From NCBI GenBank assembly GCA_973895155.1, contig OZ316893.1, positions 7,526,963-7,590,962 on the forward strand: a stretch of 64,000 nt of DNA, written 5' to 3'. Source of the DNA: Marsupella aquatica. Its lineage: Eukaryota; Plantae; Marchantiophyta. Both the position numbers and the translations under genes were made by a program. Below the pieces are notes generated by a model, which was given only the letters and a program-made list of their open reading frames with translations, ran no database searches and was not told the DNA's origin. This document shows positions 24,236 through 35,925 of the stretch, piece by piece (position 1 is the stretch's first letter; the number at the start of each line of letters is the position of its first letter).

Positions 24236-25365
24236 TATTATATATAGATATCCATAGATATATTACATCCTGCATTAACGCAGGTCCTATTGTTCTCTAT
24301 TGGCCATTCCTTGATTCAACATTCAATCATATGCAGAGTATCGATCATACATTCACACATACAGGTTTCGATACTGCGAACGTCTGTTAACCATGGAAGT
24401 AAGACATGCTTATTCTGTATAACTACTCTTATTTATAAACTATCCATTTTCAAAACAACTAGATCTATAAAGCTGAGTATCTTTCGATGCTGAGCACTGC
24501 TTGGTGACAGTGGTACTCAAACGCTGTGTCCACAGCATTGAGCATGGACCATATTCTTTTACCGGGAATGGACGGACTGTTTCCATTCACAATTCCAATG
24601 TCTTCGTTCAGCCCCCGCCATTGGATCGAGATTGTGCTTTAGTAGGCACAATTTCTAGTCCCATGTTTCTGCAGCGATGTCTAGACGGCTGCAGGGAGAC
24701 ATGGGCCGGAAAAAGTTGAGTCTCCCAAGCCTTGTTATGTTCCTTTTTATTATTAACTCCAACATCACATTCATGCATACCAATACGTCGTGAATGGTAT
24801 AGAAAAGAAGGAGCAACATCTGCTATAAAAAAGTGTGAGCTAGCTCCTGATTTGGTGGGTTGCCCATTGAGCCACGACAGGTTGTGTGTCACTGTGTTGC
24901 TTCAGCAATCCTTGATCCTTGGCCTGCGCTGCTGGTCCCACAATCTCCTTGCCAGTGCAGTGTGTCCTCTTACTCTGCCATGCATGTCAGCCTATGCTTC
25001 CCACAGGGTGTGTGCTTCTTCACCTATCGAGTGTTTTCAGAGAAATGTAAGCTCTGTGGCTGGATGGTTGGACTTGGTAGCGCCGCTATCTTGGCTTGCT
25101 TTTTAGGTCATGGGCTCTGGCATCTGGTTGTCTTGTGTGGCCCAGATGTATTGGGAATAAATCAATGGCTCTGGTGGCGGGATGATTATATCCTGGTTAT
25201 TCTGGATTTTAATTTTAACTTTATCCCTGTATCAGGTGACAGGGGGTATATATCCGTAGTGCATGTCATGGGACCTACCCAGATATGATGAGATCATGTT
25301 CTTGTCTTGGTGCCCACCTATCTTTAGCCATGGGAATCATTAGTGGCTTATCATACTCTTTTCTT
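24236..25365. mobile_element. Unit 2 of the GA-bounded element pair
   Basis: Lies between GAGAGA (24230-24235) and the GA tract at 25366-25388. Shares a conserved ~210-bp core and flanking blocks with unit 1. Confidence 0.55.
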
Positions 25366-26386
25366 GAGAGAAAGAGAGAGAGAGAGAGTATTTTTTGAAC
25401 AAAAACTTGCCCCGTAAGAAATCCAAAAATGCTTGTGGAAATCAAAGGAAAAAAGCACTCACCTTGTAACGTTCGGATTATGGTGAGAAATCAGAAACCG
25501 ATGTTGGTGGGTTGGAAAGATTTGCGCACCCGCACCGTTTGCTGGTCAATCAGTGGCAAAAACTCAGAACTCCTTCCTCCCGTGGGCAAAATTGTCAATC
25601 TTGGACTCATCCAACGCGCAAGTAGTCGACACAAGAGATACGTGGTTCACCTCCTCGAGGCTACGTCCATGGGAACACACAAGAAAGCTTTATTGAACTC
25701 TAAGCCCGTCGGCCATACCAAGTCTCCACAGTGTAAGCTCTCCTCATCTCTCAAGTGACTCCATAACAATGAGCCTAAGTTCCACTTATCCAAGCAAACA
25801 CCGCTTGGCATATAGTGTGCATCCTAGTTAACCTAACCACATCTCCGACTATAGTTAGCCTAACTATGGTTACATGTCGTAACCCTAGACCTTGAGTAAA
25901 TACCTAACAGGTACCCCTTGTTATTGTTTTTTGATCTATAAAAATTTCCCTTGTTACTTTAAAAAATGATACGTTTGACAATACTTTCAATCCTTTAGAC
26001 TATTATAAAATATTAATTTGAAGGATTATAATTATGCTTCTTTAGTTACATATTTCTTCAAATCAAAGAAAACCTTCACATGTCCCATCGAACAAAATGC
26101 TAGCTTGTAGCCCAATGTGCTACATTTTATTAATCATACTCTTTGAGAAGGAAGAATATCTTTCAATATATACATATTTTACAATATGCATTAATGACAA
26201 GAAGATCATTTTCTATATGCCTATTTGGCAACACCATATCAAGTACATGTTGACAGTTGGGCCACTAATATGATGACGCGTGTCACTACCTATTAGAGCC
26301 CCCCTTCCAAAATTCTAATCCCGACCAAAATTCAATACATTACATTACTTACATGTCATGTTTACCATAAAAATGCGGGTTGCATA

Positions 26387-26715
26387 CTCGGGGGGGGGGT
26401 CACTATATGGAGGGCCATACATCGCATGCAACGTTTTAGGGTTTGACCCCCTAACTTATAAGTGAAAAATATTTTTTGCAAAGTCCTTTCTTTCTTTAAA
26501 TTTTGTCATTTTTTATTAAAAAACCCCTAAAAACTTTAAAGAAAGTATTTTTTGCAATTAAATAGGCCTATGTGTTCTTTAAAGTCGACCAGTCAATAAA
26601 ACATGCCCTATGTGTTCTTCCACTAAACTTTGGAAGTCTTTTGCCACACCCATTTAAATGGGCCTATACTTCGTCGCACGTGATGTGCCACTTCCGTGGA
26701 AGTGACCCCCCCGAG
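26387..26715. mobile_element. 329-bp MITE with 8-bp TSD
   Basis: TIR CTCG(n)TCACT / AGTGAC(n)GAG. TSD GTTGCATA at 26379-26386 and 26716-26723. Confidence 0.85.
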
Positions 26716-29199
26716 GTTGCATAGTTGTAACTGATTTCTAAAAATTACCTCAAAATGACCCTTAAATTGTTCTCACATCCGACCCGTATTACCTAAGAGT
26801 GGGGGCCCAGGGGGTGAAGATCGCACTACAACAGGAATCTGTTCCACATGTTCACCAAGACAAGTCCAGAATATGACAATCAAACCATAATTCGAGGAAG
26901 GAGAAGTTTTCCTAATTGCAATACCCAAGCAAATTGTATTACCTCTTGATGGTTTAATGGTTTTGATGGTTTAATACATAATTATTTCAACGTCTTCCCC
27001 GGTCCGACAGGTCGTCCCTCCCCCTATGATGATGATCGTCTCTGCGTCCCCGGGGTCCTCACTTATTTGCTTCTGACCCATCACGCGCGAACAAGTATAG
27101 GGTTTTTTAATTCAAATTTGCGGAATACTTAAGAAGTTTTGTTGAAGAACTTTAGGGGTTCAATAATAAATCCCACAACTTAGAAGTACACTAGGGGTGC
27201 TTAAATACACACTTCTTAAACTTAAGTTGTGTGTTTAAGATAGGGCATGTAAGTCTTGGACATACACAAGGGACACGCATCTATTTTCTATTGGTCCATG
27301 TGGCACTCTCTCATGGGCTTTAGAGTTTAGGGTCAACATGGGGGGTTTTTGACGGAAGGATTTGAATTGTGTGTATGGGCGGGAGCTGCACGTTGAGGGG
27401 AAGGGCGAAGGGTAGTGGCAGGCCGTATGTGGCCATCATTTTCCCAAGTTAATTGCGCATTGTAGCTGTCATGGCCATGGGCTATCCATCAATTTGACAG
27501 GCCATCTGTTGGTTTTGGTTTGTCCCAATTGTTTAGTGCAAATGTGTGCACAATGAAATGTGTTTCTCAAAAGAAAAATGTGCAGGTTGAGACGGGGTCG
27601 GGGCTGGGCACTACCACAAACGTTTTTGAGAGGAATGCACACAGATTGGGTGTTGCGGCTGTGATTGAGACCTTGGGCAATGTGTGCAATGGAGTGAGAT
27701 CGGGGGGCGCTGCTGCTGTGATGGAGTGAGGTTGGGGTACGCTGAGTGAGGCTAGGTCGGGGTGCGCTGCAGCTGCTACGATTGTTGATTGAAGGTTGGG
27801 TGATCAGGGTGAGGTGGGGGTGTGCTACTGCATTGCTGGCTGTGCTCGAGTGAAGGCCAAGTGAAGATCGAGTGAGTTTCTGCTGCTGTGATTGAGTCAA
27901 GGTGGGGTGATACAAGCTGCGCTGTGTTTCTGGCTGCAAACAAGTTCATAGAAGGTGTGGTCGAGTGGTTTGTTGGTGCTGTGATTGAGCGGAGGTGGGC
28001 TGATTTGAGCTGCAATGCGCTGACACTGGCTGCGATTGATGTTTGAGCGCAAGTAAGCTGCCTGATCAAGCTCTGCTCTAGGCTCGACTGGGTGACTGTG
28101 TTGTGTCATGCTTTGACTACATCTGGTGGAGTTCTCACTCACTTTCCTGCTACTTTGATTTGATCCTTAGACTACACTCTAGTCGATGCTTGGTTTCTTT
28201 GCTAGATAGTGCTGTAATCTCTGTGTCTCGTTTGCTCTTGAGTTCCTGAGCGACTTTGCTTGTAGGGAGCCCTACGTATTGTTAGCTTGTTCCTTAGTCT
28301 TCTTTTGTTTACAAGCCAGCTATTTTGATTCAACTATTCTAGTGATTTTGGCATGGCCAAAGGAGGACTGGCCTGAATGCCCACGATAAGTATTATAGCT
28401 TAGGGTGGGTGTAAAGTTCTTCTTCCACCCTCTGGACTACTGTATGGGGATTCTATTTGCACATAGTTCTTTTTGCATGGGACTGACTATATCATTCTTC
28501 CCAGAGTTGCTTTTGACTGTGAATAGCTCATCATTCATAGAACAGTCAAGTTAAGCAAGACAATGCAGTGTTTAGAGCTCTCAAATAATCCATGATATAT
28601 GTACCTCCCCCTCTTTTGCAAGCAGATTTTGTCTGCGGACCTGCTTGCAAGGATTGATTGATGGCTTAACACTCTAGATATTCAAGTGAAAAGAAATAGT
28701 ATTTTTTTTCATGCTCAACTATGCAATATACAACTGAATTAGATTAGACAACTGAAGGAAGAATCTAATAAGGATTAGATTAGTTGCTGAGTATAAGTCG
28801 AGAAACAAAAGCTTTCATTCACATTCAGTTGGCACTATGTTGTGCAGCTTGTTCAGAAGAGGACAGTGCTTCTTGTCTAGGATCTCTGTAAGTTTAGAAC
28901 CTGGAACCAATTCTTGCCAAGGTACGTTAAGTTGTGGCTCTTGTGTTGACAATATTATTTCTTGGTTTATGCTCAGTTCTCCATGACTCTGCAATTGAGG
29001 ATTTTGTGCAATTGGTACAAAGTACTGGCCTGGGAGGTACAAATCCTCCACCAGCTTCCCACCTCCCATTTCATTTCATTTCATTTCCTTTTTCCAGGTT
29101 TTTTTTGTGTCTCCTCCTTGTTTTAATTCCTTCCCATTTGTTTATTGCACTGCAAATTTGTAACCACTGCAAAAAGAACAAGAGTGCTTATTATACTTG

Positions 29200-29443
29200 T
29201 TAATTGTTTCATCATTCAAAATTTCATTGCAATTTATGGCCATTGCTTTATTTCTATTTCATTGTCCATCATTCATTCATTGTCATTTCATCATACTGTG
29301 AGTGTCATTTCATGAATGGGTCATGGTGATTTCATTGTTGAAAAATGATGCTCCAATCATAGGTCATGAATGATGAGATGATAGTTTGTAGTTGATACAT
29401 TTCGGGGGTCAAGGAACCATGTCCAAAATTTTTCATGCTAGTG
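29200..29443. mobile_element. Possible solo CACTA right end
   Basis: TCATT-rich subterminal-like repeats ending ATTTTTCATGCTAGTG. No partner end with a matching TSD was found. Confidence 0.4.
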
Positions 29444-30039
29444 ACCTACCTGCAAGTCATCCATTGCAAATAAACCTTCAACTCGACGAAGTGTGTGGAT
29501 GGGGTGTAGTGGTGGGAGTATTGATTATCTCCTCAGCCCTGGTTGCCCACTTTGGGTTTTGGTTGATACTCTCTCCCTCCTGGTTTGGGTCCTGTCGGAT
29601 CCCTGGGTATTGTCCCCTTGTGACTGCCCTACATAGAAATGCATGCTCCAAAGCAAGACATTTATCCTCTCTTGGATGGGCTTGCTTTCTGTTTCCAAGG
29701 CAAAAAAAACTCAATGAACCGATCACATTGTTCAACAAGAGTACTGCCATGCAAATTTGGAACGTCACTCGATCCAATCCATCCATTTAATATTGGGACC
29801 TGCAATCAAACCTACAAAATAGGCGACAGATGCTGAGACTCAACAAAAGAACAAAAGACACACTTCTTCTTTGCCAGACAACTCAAAAGACAGACACAAA
29901 GAACGGTTGACCACAAATCATCACGATATATGGGCAGCTCTTCTTTAGTTAAATGTAAGTGTTAGAGACGGCTGGCTATTGGAATGGATTTCATTTTGTT
30001 TTCTTGGGGCGGTATTTAGTGTTACCTAACTCTAAGGTA

Positions 30040-30212
30040 CAGGTCAACAGAATGCCGATGCCTCCAAATGCACACCATGCCTCCTCTACTGCTTTGTGTA
30101 CAGCTTGGCCCCCTCTTGTAGCATCTAACTCTACCACCTTCGCAGTGTCAGCACCATAGTCTCTGTTTCCGGGCATTCCAGGCTCTGCGTCTGCTGCAAT
30201 TTTACCGAGCAC
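30040..30212 (-). pseudogene. Short-chain dehydrogenase (SDR) gene fragment
   Basis: AKVVELDAT...AVHKAVEEAWCAFGGIGILL resembles the SDR segment 'LDV...AV.EAW..FG.IDVLVN'. Confidence 0.55.
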
Positions 30213-30756
30213 CCATAACCATTAAAAATGCCTCAGAAGATGTTGTGAAACGGAATCCTCACTCCAATTTTTCAACACGAGTGAATGAACAGATATCGCC
30301 ATTCCAGCTGCCAGTCCTCATGGCTTGAGAACACAAGTAAAGGGTGTAGAACTTCCATCCAAGTCCACTTTAACGAGAATTACTAAGCACAGAAGACCGG
30401 CTGAACAATTTTTAGGGAGGCTCTCATTGCTCATAAGAACTCATCAAAAGACAACCCCAAGATTGATCTCAAGGAAATCACGGTGGAAGTCGCGAGTTCT
30501 CATAAAGAATACGAATAGCAACGATGGGCCACTTCTAAACCTTAGAAACAAGGGAGCTCACCAGATTTGAGTGCATGCTTGTTCCACTCGAGCGAGGGGC
30601 CACCCAAGCCGCACGACTCGGCAACTATGGTTCACAAATTCAACAGCTAGGCAAATTCCCCCGGATTCCTTAGTCCCAACAGTGGATCAAGGCTAGCGGT
30701 AAGACAAACTCCGAATCGATCAGAAAATGCTTATCGACATGTTTCTTTATGTACCT

Positions 30757-30836
30757 GATCCACGTAGAGCTCCTAAACTTATCACCAAGCAAAGCGACAC
30801 TGCAATGATGCTTTATTCATCTGGTACTACAGGACA
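30757..30836 (+). pseudogene. AMP-binding enzyme (4CL-like) fragment
   Basis: Hand translation DPRRAPKLITKQSDTAMMLYSSGTTG contains the AMP-binding signature. No surrounding intact ORF. Confidence 0.6.
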
Positions 30837-33079
30837 TCTGCACCGCATGGCACTTACTTGTTAAGCGATTGTCAAGGTCAATCCCAAAATTCAAATTCTT
30901 GAATAGAGGAGGACCGCCGGGATGTTCGGATGAAGCATCACTGCAATTGTCACAAAAGAACTATTCAGGAGATAGGTTCTTGAGCAAAATGCACCACCAT
31001 TGCGACAACAAAAAGATAAATAAGCTGCACTTAGAACGTTCCCTCAACAGAATTTGGACAATCCATAGCTGCAAGTTAAGAAACCTCGCTGACCTGAAAC
31101 TGATGATTGGTGCGGCAGGCTTCTCCTCTGGTGTAGAAAACTCAAATTTGTAGCGGGAGATAAGTGTTCCCTTGCCAAATGAGAATTTATTTCCCAAGGA
31201 GCACCATCTTGCCCACTTAAGATTTATACCCAATCAAAAGACAAGCCTTTGCTGTTCAAAACGCAGCCAATCATTCAAGCTGTTCCTAAGAAAATATGAA
31301 TGTAGGAATTCTGCTCCTTCAGTCCGTAAATGTGGGATGTACTCGAATCATACTCAAATCAGACTAGAGAAGTGATGTTGACTCTGCTTCCCTATGTCAG
31401 GGTGAGCCAATTACCCACATTTGGAAGAGCACGGTTTGATCATGGAAATTTTTCCAGACTCACACTAATTGTTAGAGACGGGTAAGGGAGCACATTGCAC
31501 TGAACTTATAGAAAACATATCGGAACAGGATCTCTCACTTGCCGATTGAGATTGATTGTTTCTATGGCATCGTTTAGAGAAGTAATAGTAACCCGCTGGA
31601 GTGTAGTGACTCAGCCTCAACCAACCAGGCTAAAGACTTCAGTTGGCGTAAACGTTACATGTGGCCCCACTGATGTTTCAGAAGTCCGTGCTTCATGACG
31701 GTCAAACATACGATCGCTGGACACCTTCCTAATTAGCTTAAGGAGTCAAACTTGTGAAACCAGGAGCTACAAATTGAACATTGTTTGAACTGCAATTACA
31801 ATTCATATAAGTATCACCGAAAGAATTGGAGGGCCAGCCATGATATCTAAGCAAACATTTTTCACTTCGTAACTTAAAACTTCATGCCCTAAACTATGAG
31901 GAAGGGAGAACAGAAATGAGAAAGAGATGACAACCGCCTGAAGCTGAGCATACCATTCGTGCCCCGGTCTCATCTTCAACACAACCGGAGTCAACCAGAA
32001 GAGAGCCCACTGCTTCAAATGCACCCTCCCTCTTCCATCCGAATTCAAATTCTTCATCCTTGAGCACGTATGAGTATGGTGCAACGAATCAACTCTTATC
32101 AGCGACACAAGCAACTGATTTGACAAAAACATTTTACTTTGTATTGTAAGTAGGTAGTGTAGTCGTTGCTGTCCCCAGCGCTGAGATCTGCGGTTAATTT
32201 TAATGAACTCTGACTTTGCAAACCGTAACTTTTGTCCATATTTAGTGTGTGCCTTGCTTGAATTTTACTTGCAGTGCGGATAACAAATTGCATGTTCTTC
32301 ATCGTAGTGTTTCGTAAGTTATCGAGTCCACATATACCTTAAAATAAAGTTCCGATTGGGTTGACCTGCGTAACGTTCGTGATACGCGATGTTATCCCCT
32401 CGAATAACTTCCTCAGATTTGTAAACGAGACTTCATTAGTTAGCCAGATTCTATGAACCCATAGCCCAGTACAGACGGTTTTTGGCGCCTTTACCACAAT
32501 TTACAAAGCGCAGTCTTCGAGTGCAAGGTACGAACATTTGCCCATTTGTCCTGTATGCTGTTCATTCTTTGCCCTTGGAAATCAAGACGTTATCGCCGCG
32601 GCTGTAGCAGCGTCCAATCGCCTATATGAATGTGTACTAGAAGATGCAAGAGCATGTTCTTAAGGTGGCTCTATTTTTCAGAGGAGCGACTGTAGATGAG
32701 GCTATTGTTTATGAATACAGGCTTCTTTTGGAAATTCGAAGCAGTTCTGCAACGAATAGGGTGAGGATTCTCGGAGTGCGAGTTATTTTCGGCTTTTTGG
32801 CTCACGCTGAAAGAGATTCTACTCTTGTTGTGATTAACAGTGATCATTACAAATAGCTAGAGATTACAAATCTCGTTACAAATCCAACTTGACCAGACTT
32901 ACTATTCCTTCATCGTATATATAAAAATTCTGTTAGAAATCGCAGAAGACATGTAGCAAAAGTAAAAATCAAATGATTGAAACTTCCAATCGGAATTACC
33001 TCAACGACTTCCGTCACTGATACAACTGTCTCTGCATTCCAACGGTCCTCTCAAGACCTACACAAAAGCAATCCCTGAA

Positions 33080-33320
33080 AGATCCATCGACGAGTCACGA
33101 GCAGCAGAAGTAAGTGGATAGAAAGCACAATAGGAGCCTAAATTATTTTATTCATCGACGATCAGCAGAAGTAAGTGGATTGAAAGCACAACAGCAGGAT
33201 GAACTCGAAGTCAAATGTCTGCTGACAGCCCAACAACAGCCAGCAGGGTGAACTTGAAATCAAATGTCTGCTGGAAGCACAACGTACGACAGAGAGGGAC
33301 GAACTCAAAATCAAATATCT
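33080..33320. repeat. Short local direct repeats
   Basis: AGCAGAAGTAAGTGGAT-GAAAGCACAA occurs twice, and GAACT..AA.TCAAAT(G/A)TCT three times. Confidence 0.6.
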
Positions 33321-33944
33321 CCTTTGCTTGCACCTGCATTCGATCTGTTCTCAGCCAGGATCGACCAAACCGATGTCCAGCAAAACTCGTTGGCGATCCC
33401 TAAGCTCCATGAACAGGGGGAGCAAACAAGCAGATCGCTTCCATAATCAGAATTTCCATCTAATCGTCGGAGATTCGGTGCTCCTTCTTCCTGGTCGTCG
33501 ACCTGCAGAGTCTTCAAGGTGACTGAAAAACAAACACACTCGCGCAGACGATCTCTGTCTACCCGCAAGTTCCCTCCCGGCCTCTTGGAAAAATTAAAAA
33601 ATGCACGGGAGCGCGAGAACAGACGCCCGATCAAAAAGATGAATTAATCGACTTCACATTGACATATATGAAAGCACCGTCTGCTCTCTATTATCCGCAT
33701 AAAGCAGCCCGAGTCATTGAATGTTTTCAGCACAGCCGAAGTGGAGTTTTGGGCCCTAAGGGATCACTCGAAACTCAGCTCTCTCCTCTACTGTAGTCAT
33801 ACCGGTCAATCGGTTTGCATTCCAATAAAATCTCCCTCATCTCTGTCCCATGCTTACCCTTGCCGAGGCCTCCTAACTACAGTAGATGCACCAGACTACC
33901 TTTTACGATTTAATGCGCTGTGTGTGTTCAAAAGCGTCACGTAG

Positions 33945-35276
33945 TCAAGTTGCCATTCGACTGAATTTGGTACCAATCTCTGTCACAGAAGAATCGCTTA
34001 TGGCAGTGCACTCTGTGGATACCTCATGAAAAGAGTCACTCGTGCCACTAGACTCTGCAGTTTCCTCAAGTGAGGTCTGAGGGCTCGATTCCCTGCTTAG
34101 CTTCATGATGTACGCTACACAAGAAAAGACGGCTGAAATTTGTCGAGGGTCTAATTTTCTGCTTTCTTTGCCAGAAATAAGGACCAGGTTACTGTCTTGG
34201 TCGTAAAGCCGCCGCCCTGATATATCTGGAGTTAATTTACTGAAACGCCATTGCCACCCGTCACTGAGAACGAAAAAGACAGGGCCTCCGCTACCACCAA
34301 CACCGAGCCCCTTTTCTTTTCTGAGGTTGAGGGACACCGCAGCTTGAGCGAGGGCTTGTTTATAAGCTTCGTCAAACTCAAGGCCTGTCTTCACAGCAAC
34401 TATGTGGACATCAGCATCTGGAGGATTTAATCTATCATCCATAGAATGTCCAACTACCAAATCTCCTATGCCAGAATACCTCACATAAAGAATTGAATTC
34501 TTTAGTCGCCGGTTCTGGATACACGAGAGAACAGTTTCTTCGTCGACACACAGCGAACTCTTTCCATCTGCAATGCTGTCAACAGCATATTGTAGAATTG
34601 TCGAAACCATGAATCGTCTGGAACTCTCTAGGCGGAGAGTATTATTGCGAGCAAAAACCTCGAGAGTTATTAGCATCTCTGCCGGTGCATCCATCAAAGC
34701 AGCTTCTTTCACTATTTCCCACCGGGCTCTATCTTTTACAATGTGGAAATCTTCTAGAAATTGAAAATAATCCATCGAAGGATCAGAGAAACTAATTTCC
34801 AAATCCGCAGTGGCCTTTCTTCTCACTATCCATTTATGTAGTTGCGATGTTGTAAATGTATTCCAACTGAATCCATTAGGTCTTTCAATGATGGGAAAAA
34901 GGTCAAAACCGTCCTTGTAAAAGAGGGCCATAGGGTCTCCAAGATGATGCATCAGAGAGCGCATGTTCACACGCTCTCCATAAAGCTCAACGTTCATTGT
35001 CATGAACGGCTCACTTTCCTTCCATTCGTAAAATTGAACAGTCACTAAACTCTTGGCGAAAAACTCCGCCTTCAACTCTTTAATCTCCTTCAACGGTTTT
35101 GCGAGCGCTTCACTCTTGGCGAAAAGCTCCGCTTTCAACTCTTGAATCTTCTTCAACTGTTCTGCGAGCGTCCCGGGGGCTTCTGTGAGCGGCTGAGAGT
35201 TGCCTGTTGTCTGAGAGTTGCCTGTTGTCGCACCCGACTGCCTTCGTCTCCTTCGTCTCTTTTTGCTCCCGGCCAT
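33945..35276 (-). CDS. Intronless 443-aa protein: basic NLS, coiled coil, small N-terminal domain, C-terminal PD-(D/E)xK restriction-endonuclease-like domain (Crinkler/CR-REase-like)
   Basis: ESSRRFMVSTIL...VDEE...YSGIGDLVVG...HIVAVK...QALAQ...VFFVLSDGWQWRF follows the REase pattern E.RR..I..L / G.xD / ExK / Q..A / TDG..W.F. Confidence 0.65.
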   Translation of the reverse strand: MAGSKKRRRRRRQSGATTGNSQTTGNSQPLTEAPGTLAEQLKKIQELKAELFAKSEALAKPLKEIKELKAEFFAKSLVTVQFYEWKESEPFMTMNVELYGERVNMRSLMHHLGDPMALFYKDGFDLFPIIERPNGFSWNTFTTSQLHKWIVRRKATADLEISFSDPSMDYFQFLEDFHIVKDRARWEIVKEAALMDAPAEMLITLEVFARNNTLRLESSRRFMVSTILQYAVDSIADGKSSLCVDEETVLSCIQNRRLKNSILYVRYSGIGDLVVGHSMDDRLNPPDADVHIVAVKTGLEFDEAYKQALAQAAVSLNLRKEKGLGVGGSGGPVFFVLSDGWQWRFSKLTPDISGRRLYDQDSNLVLISGKESRKLDPRQISAVFSCVAYIMKLSRESSPQTSLEETAESSGTSDSFHEVSTECTAISDSSVTEIGTKFSRMAT

Positions 35277-35539
35277 TTCTGCTTTCGAGCTCTCCCCACC
35301 CTTCTCTTCTATGAGCTCCCTGAGCGCCGACAGTACGTTCGGAGAAACTCTAGAATTGGAATTTCAAGACCAACTTTCAAGACTGCCGTCGTCTCCTTGC
35401 TGGCCATCTCTGTTCTCGAGCTCTCTATCTAGAAGGTACTTAAGATAACACAACCCCTTCATAAGTAAGTACATAAAGACTTGCAAGAGACGGTGGCCCA
35501 GTTGGACAATCGGAGATCCCAGCCGCATGACCATATCCA

Positions 35540-35925
35540 AATTCTGGACCTCTTACCCGGAGTGTCTTGAATATCGACATCAAGCCACATCTCCTGCCTC
35601 ACCATCCGTGCAAGCTCCGTGGTCCTTTCATTTCTGATCGAAAATAGCATGTCCATATCCAATCTGGACCTCTTACCCGGACTGTCTTGAATATAAACTC
35701 GACATCAAGCCATTCATGCAATCCCAGACAGGTGCCGTGCTCTGTTTCTTTTCCAACCAAAAATAGTCACTTCCTCGAAAAATAGTCACTTCCTCGCATG
35801 ATTTGTGGATTTCTGATTTTAGCATGTACTTTGGAGATCTTAGTCCATTGACAGGAAAAACGCATGATCTGTATTTCTGATTTTAGCATGTGCTTTGGAG
35901 ATTTTAGTCCATTAACAGAAAAACC
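35540..35925. repeat. Local tandem duplications upstream of the REase ORF
   Basis: CTGGACCTCTTACCCGGA.TGTCTTGAATAT, AAAATAGTCACTTCCTCG and TTTCTGATTTTAGCATGT.CTTTGGAGAT each occur twice. Confidence 0.6.

Larger units (their letters stand above)
16599..25909 (-). mobile_element. Decayed Ty1/copia LTR retrotransposon
   Basis: Direct repeats at 16599-16900 and 25608-25909. PPT AGGGGGAGAT on the minus strand at 16901-16910. PBS-like CATTGG--AGAGCTAGG at ~22119-22133, suggesting a 5' LTR at 22132-25909 and a truncated 3' LTR. Confidence 0.9.

Noticed and set aside
26824-29443. Pairing CACTACAACA at 26824 with TAGTG at 29443 as one CACTA element
   Set aside because: The TIRs do not match beyond CACTA, and the flanks (TCG versus ACC) are not a TSD.
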